Shown piece after piece: positions 55,876 to 64,000 of a DNA stretch of 64,000 nucleotides (the stretch's first letter is position 1; each line of letters opens with the position of its first letter). Source of the DNA: the human T2T-CHM13v2.0 reference genome, Homo sapiens. Under the pieces are notes generated by a model. The model was not told the origin of the DNA, did not search any database, and was given only the letters and a program-made list of their open reading frames with translations. Position numbers and translations under genes: made by a program. The stretch lies in NCBI RefSeq assembly GCF_009914755.1, contig NC_060937.1. The stretch is one strand, 5' to 3'.

Positions 55876-56498
55876 ATGTTCTAAACTGTCTAGGAGTTCC
55901 CTAAAAGACTGAAGAAAGACACTCATCTTTGTTTTGCCTGACAGATAAATCACTTAAGATGAAAAAGTGGTGGGCATTGCTCAAAAACATTAAAAGACAA
56001 ATGAAAAACCTACAGCTACATAGGGCAAAGGATTATGGCTGACATACGATCACAGCCTAATGTCTGGGAGAAAAGCAGGTAAGCATTTCTTTGGAAAATC
56101 AGGCGTTTGAAAGCACTTAGATATACAGGGGGAATTTAGAAAGCTACACATATGCCCAGGGAAGGGCACATGCTTACAAAGACCCTGGAGAAGGGGGAGA
56201 ATAGGATTTCCAGTTAGTATATTTAATACTCCAATGTCCAGTTTTCAATGAAAAAACATCACAAAGTATATGAGTAAGCAGGAAAGCATGACTCATTCAA
56301 AGGAAAACAAAACAAAACAAATTGACAGAAACCATCCATGAGGAAGAAAGGAACTTACCAGCCAAAGACTTTAATTAACTGGCTTAAATGTGCTCAAAAA
56401 GCTAAAGGAAGCCAGGAACAAAGAACTAAAAAGAACCAGGAAACAATGTGTGAAAAAAACTAAAATATCAGTAAGAGATGGAAACCATACAATGTAAC

Positions 56499-56891
56499 TG
56501 CTATGGACTGAACTGTGTCCCGCCCTCCCCCTCAAATTCGTATGTTGAAGCCCTAACTCCAATGTGATGGCATTCGGAGATGGGGCTTGGGAAGTAATGA
56601 GGTTTAGATGCGGTCATAAAGGTGGGCCTCCATGATGGGATTAGTGTCATAAAGAAGCAGTAGAGAGCTTAACTTCCTCTCTGCTCCAACGTGCACACAG
56701 AGAAGGCGTCATGTGGGCACAGAGCATGACAGCAGCTGCCTACGTGCCAGAAGGGGCCACAGAATGAAACCTGCCATGCTGGAGCCTTCGTCTTGGATCT
56801 CCTAGCTTCCAGAGCCGCGAGAAGTTCATTTCTATTGTTTGAGCCACCCATCCTATTTTTTTCTAAATGATAGATTGACTTGACTAATACA
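56499..56891 (+). mobile_element. MLT1A-family solo LTR inserted in L1 ORF1
   Basis: tgctatggactgaactgtgtcc...gactaataca; near-TSD gtaac/ataac. Confidence 0.88.
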
Positions 56892-58298
56892 ATAACCAAA
56901 TAGAAATTCTGGAGCTGAAAAGTGTAATAACTAAAAAATTCACTAGGAAAGTTCAACAGCAGATTTGAGCAGAGAGAAAAAATAATCAGGAAATTTGAAG
57001 ATTGAAGCATAGATTCAATGATTAGGACCTGTGGCATATATTATATGTCTGTGTGTACTTTGAAATAGATTTATGTTACTCTGCATGCTTATTTATCATG
57101 CAATGCAAGTAGGTAAAATATAAGAGAAACCTACAAATCTCACTATTGAGATTCACAGATTCACCTGTCTTCTCTAGTCCTGTATAATACCTAAGAGAAG
57201 CTGCTTGCACTTTCATGACACATATGCCCTAGATATATGGGTGAATAACCATGTGGTTATTCCCATACAACTTCTGAGGAAATGAGAAATATTCAACAAC
57301 CATTGGAAGACTGCCCTAGGGCTTGCATAGAGAGAAGGACATAGGTACTGCCACCTCTAAGCCCAGGACAGCATGGCTGTTCTTAGACTAGACAGTCTGG
57401 CTTTAAGTAGCTAATGCATTTTTTCACGTTCTCATGTTGCACTTCCAACAAATGAAAACCCACTGTGTACACTTGTACACCATATAGACATCAAGTCAAA
57501 TGGAACTGAAATGAGTGCAAACCATATATGTGTATGTATAGGTAATAGATACCATGGGTATATTGTTTTATATATATGTATTCATATTATAGTGTATAGC
57601 ATATATATGGTATATAGTATACAGAGGATGCATGTAGTATACAGTATATATTATACATAGTATATATAGTAAGTATTAGGATTCAAGTGAATGAAATCTA
57701 GAGAAACTTCATGAAAAAGAATAAGCAAAGCTGCTGCCCAGGGGGCTGAGAGAGAGTCAAAGATTCCTAGAAATAAGGGTGATAATATGTGAAAGTGTCC
57801 AACCTGAATAATAGAAAAAAAAGTAAAGATAAGTGCACAGAGTGTAAGGGATGGATGGAATACATTCAAATGGACCAATATATGCATTCTGGGAGTCCAA
57901 AATGGAGAACAGAGGGAGTAAAGGGCATGAAGAATATTTGAAGAAATACTGGACAAAAACTTCCCAAATTTGTTGAAATAAATAAATCTACACATCCAAG
58001 AAGCTATATGAATCCAAGTAGGAGAAACACCAGAAGTCCACGCAGATACTTTATAGTCAAACTGTTGAAAGTCATAGAAAAAGAGAAAATCTTGTACATT
58101 GTTGGTGGGAATATAAAATGGTTCGGCAGCTGTAAAGAAGTTTGACAATTCCTGCAAAGTTAAACAAAGAATTACCACGTGACCCTGTAATTCCACTCTT
58201 ACGTATATACCCCTCCAAAATTGAAACAGATACTCAAACAAATACAGGTACACACATGTTCACACAAGCATTATTCACAATAGAAAAAGATGGACATA

Positions 58299-58575
58299 GA
58301 CCTGGTACAGTGACTCGTGCCCGTAGCTCCGGCACTTTGGGAGGCTGAGGGAGCAGATCCTTTATGCCAGGGAGTTTGAGATCAATCTGGGCAACATAAT
58401 GAAACCCCATCTCTATTAAAAAAAATACAAAAATTATCTAGGTATGGGTGGCACGCACCTGCGTTCCCAGCTACTCAGGAGTCTGAGGTGGGAGGATGGC
58501 TCGAGGCTGGGTGACAGAGTAAGACCCTGTCTCAAAAAAAAAAAAAAAAAAAGAAAGAAAGAAAAGAAACAACAA
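58299..58575 (+). mobile_element. AluJ with right-arm deletion
   Basis: Left monomer intact; ggatggctcgag joined directly to gctgggtgacagag. Confidence 0.88.
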
Positions 58576-59613
58576 AGCTGGAAATAGCCCAAGTGCCCAT
58601 GAATGGATATATACAAATTGTGATATATACATACAATGGGATACTACTCAGCCTGGAAACAGAACGACATATTGATACATGGATGAAACTTTGACAAACA
58701 TGACTGAACCTTGAAAACATTATTCTAAGTAAAAGAAGACAGATACAAATATCCCATGTTAAATTAGTCTGTTTATATAAAACATCTGGAAAGATAAATC
58801 CATAGGGATAGAGAATGCATATTGATGATTGCTGAAAGTTAGGAGGAGAGTGAATAGGGAAAAACAAATTGATGTGTAAGGGGTATAATTTTAAAGAGAT
58901 GTTTTGGACTAGACAGAGCTTGTGGCTGCACAGCAGTATGAATGTTCTCAATGCCACTAACATAACTGCTCACTATAAAGTGGTTAATTTTAGGGTAGGT
59001 GAGTTTCACCTAAATAAATTATTCTTAAAATTGACATGCACGCATAAACAGTATTCTGAGGAAGGTGTGCAATAATTTCCTTGCTGCAGAATTGAAAGTG
59101 CTGTTAGTGACTAAAAACATATGGTAACCAGAACCTTCACACCGTCTCCCCAACCACCCATCAGCATCAACAGTTGGGAAAACTGATGAGGTACAAACAT
59201 ATCCAGACTTTGTAATTATCCGTGGAACATCACAAGCATATACAATGCCACATAGTAATCAATCTGGTTCCCTCTGTTTATGAGTATTTGCTTTACAAAT
59301 ACTTTCTAGTTCAGGTATTTCCCATTCAGCAGCGACACACACAAATGCACATGACAAGCTGGTGGCCTCCTGTGCCTCTTCATTACCCTCTCAGGAGCCT
59401 GGGTGGTTTTATTTTCTTAGGGCTTCTCTAATACTTTGAAAACGTCAAATAAAAAGTAAGTGACTCAAATTTCTCCCAGAATTTTTACAGCATTTCTGAA
59501 GACAGGTTTATTTACCTATACGGAATTCTGATTACCTAATAAGAAATGTATCACCACGCCTAGATGATCTGAAATTTGTTTAAATTATACAAGATCATGA
59601 CTAGTATATTTAA

Positions 59614-59956
<343 letters not shown>

Positions 59957-60159
59957 ATGTTTCTGTGTCTTCACTGTGATATACAGATAATTCAAAAGAC
60001 TTCATTCTTCCCATATAGGTCCTTATTTTAGTTATTAAAAATTTCCTGCTATAACAAAATTCATAGCTATTTAAAATATTTGAAGTCATATCTCAATTGA
60101 CTAAATAAATTATATTTAATAGAAGATTAGTTTTGTCTCTCATTAAGAAATATATATGA

Positions 60160-60780
<621 letters not shown>

Positions 60781-61069
60781 CAGAAAACATTTTTTATGTT
60801 GGATAGAAGCAAGCAATGATGCAGCTAACACTCTCTCTTATTCCTAGTACATGTTCTTTATGTTCTTTATTTGCTACATTTTGAAGTTAAAATAGTAAGT
60901 CCATCAGATAAGACAAGCAGACACATCAAAAAACTGTCAAAGTATGAAAAAACTATGTGAAACATAGATAGCCACCCATTCTCCTTAACAGTGTTTCATT
61001 AGCTGTTCATAAATCCTGTTTGTTTCAACTTTATCCAATCCACCACTGTCACAGGATATTGTACTTTTT

Positions 61070-61380
61070 ATTTCCTTTGCTTTAGAGAGTTTTCTCCATT
61101 CTCTGCCCTTAGCAAGGTCTTTGCTCCAGCGTCCCTGCCACCCTATATAAAATCATAACCCCTCAGTTCCATCACATGAACACATTCTTCCCTTTCCTCA
61201 TACTTATCACTGACACTATGTTGTATATTTACACATGCCTTATCTATTTACCCACTAAAATATATGCTCTCTGAAGCATCAAAGTTTGTCCTGAACACTG
61301 TTTAATCCCCATGACTTAGAACAGTACCTGGCACAAAATAGATGCTCAATAAATACTCATTGAAAGAGTTAATAAATGAC
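61070..61380 (+). mobile_element. L2a-like 3' end
   Basis: cttagaacagtacctggcacaaaatagatgctcaataaata. Confidence 0.8.
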
Positions 61381-62283
61381 TTCTCCTAAATATTCCGGAT
61401 TTTTTTGGCATTTTTTGTTTTATAATGTAAGTAAGTAATATATTACAGAGGTATACCATGTATGTTAGGGTATGATATACATTATATATGTCTACACACA
61501 CATACATACAGTACATATATTGGGAAGTGCTCACTATTTACTGATGGTTTAGAAAGCAACGAATGAGAGGATAATCAGATTCAAATGTGCTGATCTTTTC
61601 AGGGAGTAGGCATCTGAGTGTACACATGAAATCCACGAGTCTCCATCTGCAGTCATCCAGCTGAGAGCCATTTGGGGATAAAACGAGCTATTTCCTGGAT
61701 GAATTCATCACCAACACTCCACCAGAATAGCTTGGAATATAGATGTTTCAATGACTAAAAGAACATTAAAGAAATACGGTCATTCCTCTGAGTCACATAG
61801 AATAAATGAATGGATACGGAAGAATAAATGGAATTAAAAGACAAGCTATTTTCTAAGAGCAGCAACCCCTGTAGTGAGCCTGTTCAACTGTGAGAACCTG
61901 TTGAGTCTCATCAAGGAACTTTCAGGAGAACAAGGGTGGCAGGTAACAGGATGTTTCCACTTCGGGTTCTGATAGGATAATGGCAAAATTACACTATATT
62001 CAATGGGTGCTTGGACTTAGTAGACTTTATTGGTTGATTCCCTTTGTTAAGCTTTTGAATTTGCTAAATATCCCCCTCACGGTATCCTTTGCTCATGACC
62101 CCTAATCCCCCACAAACCAGCAAAAAAAAAAAAACAAAAAAAAAGCCAGAAATACATTTTGCCTAAAATTATGTTCAATGAGTTGGATGATTTCATATCA
62201 TGAAATTCATGACAGTGATTTTAGTAACCTGTGTAATTCCCTCCTCCCTTCCAAAATAGGAATAAAGGGAGGAAAAAAGATGT

Positions 62284-62657
62284 CGATATGGTTTGGCTGC
62301 ATCCCCACCCAAATCTCATCTTGAATTGTAGTTCACATAATTACTATGTGTTGTGAGAGGGACCTGGTGGGAGATAATTGAACCATAGGGGCCGTTTCCC
62401 CCATACTGTTTTCATGGTAGTCTCACAAGATCTGATGATTTTATAAGGGGTTTCCCCTTTCGCTTGGCTCTCATTTCTCTCTTGCCTGCTGCCATGTAGG
62501 ATGCGCCTTTCACCTTCTGCCATGATCGTGAGGCCTCCCCAGCCATGTAGAACTCTAAGTCATTAAACCCCTTTTTCTTTATAAATTATCCAGTCTCGCG
62601 GGTATGTCTTTATCAGCAGCATGAAAACAGACTAATGTGTGAAAACGGACTAATACA
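62284..62657 (+). mobile_element. THE1B/C MaLR solo LTR with a duplicated 3' terminal segment
   Basis: gatatggtttggctg...; tgaaaacagactaat gtg tgaaaacggactaataca; perfect TSD GATGT. Confidence 0.92.
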
Positions 62658-63245
62658 GATGTATTTCTTGTATCATTATTTTATTTTGAAATAAACTTAC
62701 TGCAATTTAAGTAAACAAATTGACACTGAGGTGTGCCTTTATGTGCTACTTATACACATTTGTGTACATACTGTCTACAGTTTTTTATAGGCTGGAATAG
62801 ATTTCTGGGTTTATCTTCAATTTGCATGTCATTGAATAAAAGGAAAAATAGTGCCACCCTTAACTGACAGATTTGGAAAACAGTTATTAATTGAAGATTT
62901 AGAGTATCCTGAAGTCCTCACTTGAGACTGTGAGGCAAAATCAGAAAACAAAGGCTTTTGATTGCTCTTAGTTGGCTAAAGCCTACTCTTAATTAACAAC
63001 ATTGTACCTCTATCATTTCTTTCTCCTTAGGCAGATTATCTAGTTTGCCATATTTTGCAGTTTGATTATACTTAATAACTAGTTCAAATATACAATCAAA
63101 TACGTAAAATCCTCTTCCCAAATATATTTCTTTATTCTGGAAGTTGATTCTTTTCCCATTAACTATATTGATATGAAAAACAATTGACAAATTATGCTCT
63201 GATTTAGTGTTTCCTGGTTCATGTGTTTAGGTGCTAAGCATAACA

Positions 63246-63588
63246 TAGGTTGAGCATCCCTAATCCAAAAATGTGAAATCTGAAAAGCTCCAAAATCCTA
63301 AACTTTTTGAGCACCAATATGACACAAGTGGAAAACACCACACCAGACCTCACGTGATGGTGCACAAGACACACAGTTTACTTAGCATCCCCAAGGGGAA
63401 AGTAAAATTACTTTCAAGCTATTTGTAAGGTGTATACAAAAAAAAAAAATGAACTTCATGTTTAGACTTGGGTCCAATCCCTGAACTATATCTCATTATG
63501 TATATGCAAATATTTGAAAATCTGAAAAAAAAGGTTAATTGTAAGCACTTCTTGTTCCAGATACTTTGGATAAGGGATATTCAACCTG
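63246..63588 (+). mobile_element. Tigger4b/MER46-like DNA transposon
   Basis: TIRs aggttgagcatccc / gggatattcaacctg; catgtttagacttgggtcc. Confidence 0.88.
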
Positions 63589-63932
63589 TAATAATAAAAA
63601 CTCCCCTCTGATATGATTTATCTGATATAGTTTATATTGATAAAAGATAAGTTAAAGCTGCCTACAAAATCAAAGACGTAACATTACCTATTTCTTGAAT
63701 AAAAAATAAGAAAAACAGTTTTATGCTTTGAATGAAAAGGAAAACATTTTTAAAATGAAATGTTTTGTTTATCTCAACTAAATATTGTAGATATTTTACT
63801 TTAACAGTACATATTCCAAACTGATTTAATTTTCAAGTAGAAGATAGTCATAAAACATTTAGCTTCTTACATAATTCAGGAAGAACACTGAAATGTATAA
63901 GTGACATAAAATATCCTGCTCCTATTGATACA

Positions 63933-64000
63933 CAGTCATGCATTGCTTAACAATGGGGATATGTCCTGAAAAGCACATTGTTGGGAATTCCATCACTGTG
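63933..64000. mobile_element. Tigger3/MER7-type terminus, running off the window
   Basis: cagtcatgcattgcttaacaatggggatatgtcctga. Confidence 0.75.

Larger units (their letters stand above)
55255..59020 (+). mobile_element. Old L1M/L1MB relic: 5' region and ORF1 joined to the ORF2 end and 3' UTR, with nested AluY, MLT1A and AluJ
   Basis: ORF1 motifs (tagaaattctggagctgaaaa, cagcagatttgagca, aaaacttcccaaattt, atccaagaagct) to ~58093, then tacattgttggtgggaatataaaatgg and an L1MB-like 3' UTR ending tttcacctaaataaa. Confidence 0.75.

Noticed and set aside
57651-58963. Longest ORFs (200 aa and 143 aa, minus strand)
   Set aside because: Antisense to a decayed L1; F/L-rich because of T-rich composition.

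Overview
AT-rich primate (most likely human) non-coding DNA, intergenic or deep intronic. I find no credible protein-coding exon, structural RNA gene, CRISPR array or CpG island; the supplied ORFs are chance or repeat-derived (Alu, antisense L1, GA-rich tract). Much of the window is interspersed repeat: about 16 Alu/FLAM copies, L1PA/L1MB/L1MC/L1ME fragments, L2, MIR, an L3/CR1 relic, many MaLR solo LTRs (THE1, MST, MLT1), an LTR47-like LTR and DNA transposons (three MER2, MADE2, MER3, MER5, MER44B, MER53, MER63, MER81, Tigger3, Tigger4). Repeat families were assigned by eye from remembered consensus motifs, so subfamily labels and old-repeat boundaries are approximate. Best leads: (1) a candidate minus-strand TATA promoter near 6.76-6.99 kb with two well-formed candidate non-coding exons downstream (3802-3947, 22-80); (2) three MER2 copies in alternating orientation within 2.4 kb, next to an unexplained 71-nt hairpin; (3) several small template-switch-like scars; (4) structurally odd Alus. 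I see no evidence for a new multi-gene biological system and cannot name the locus.
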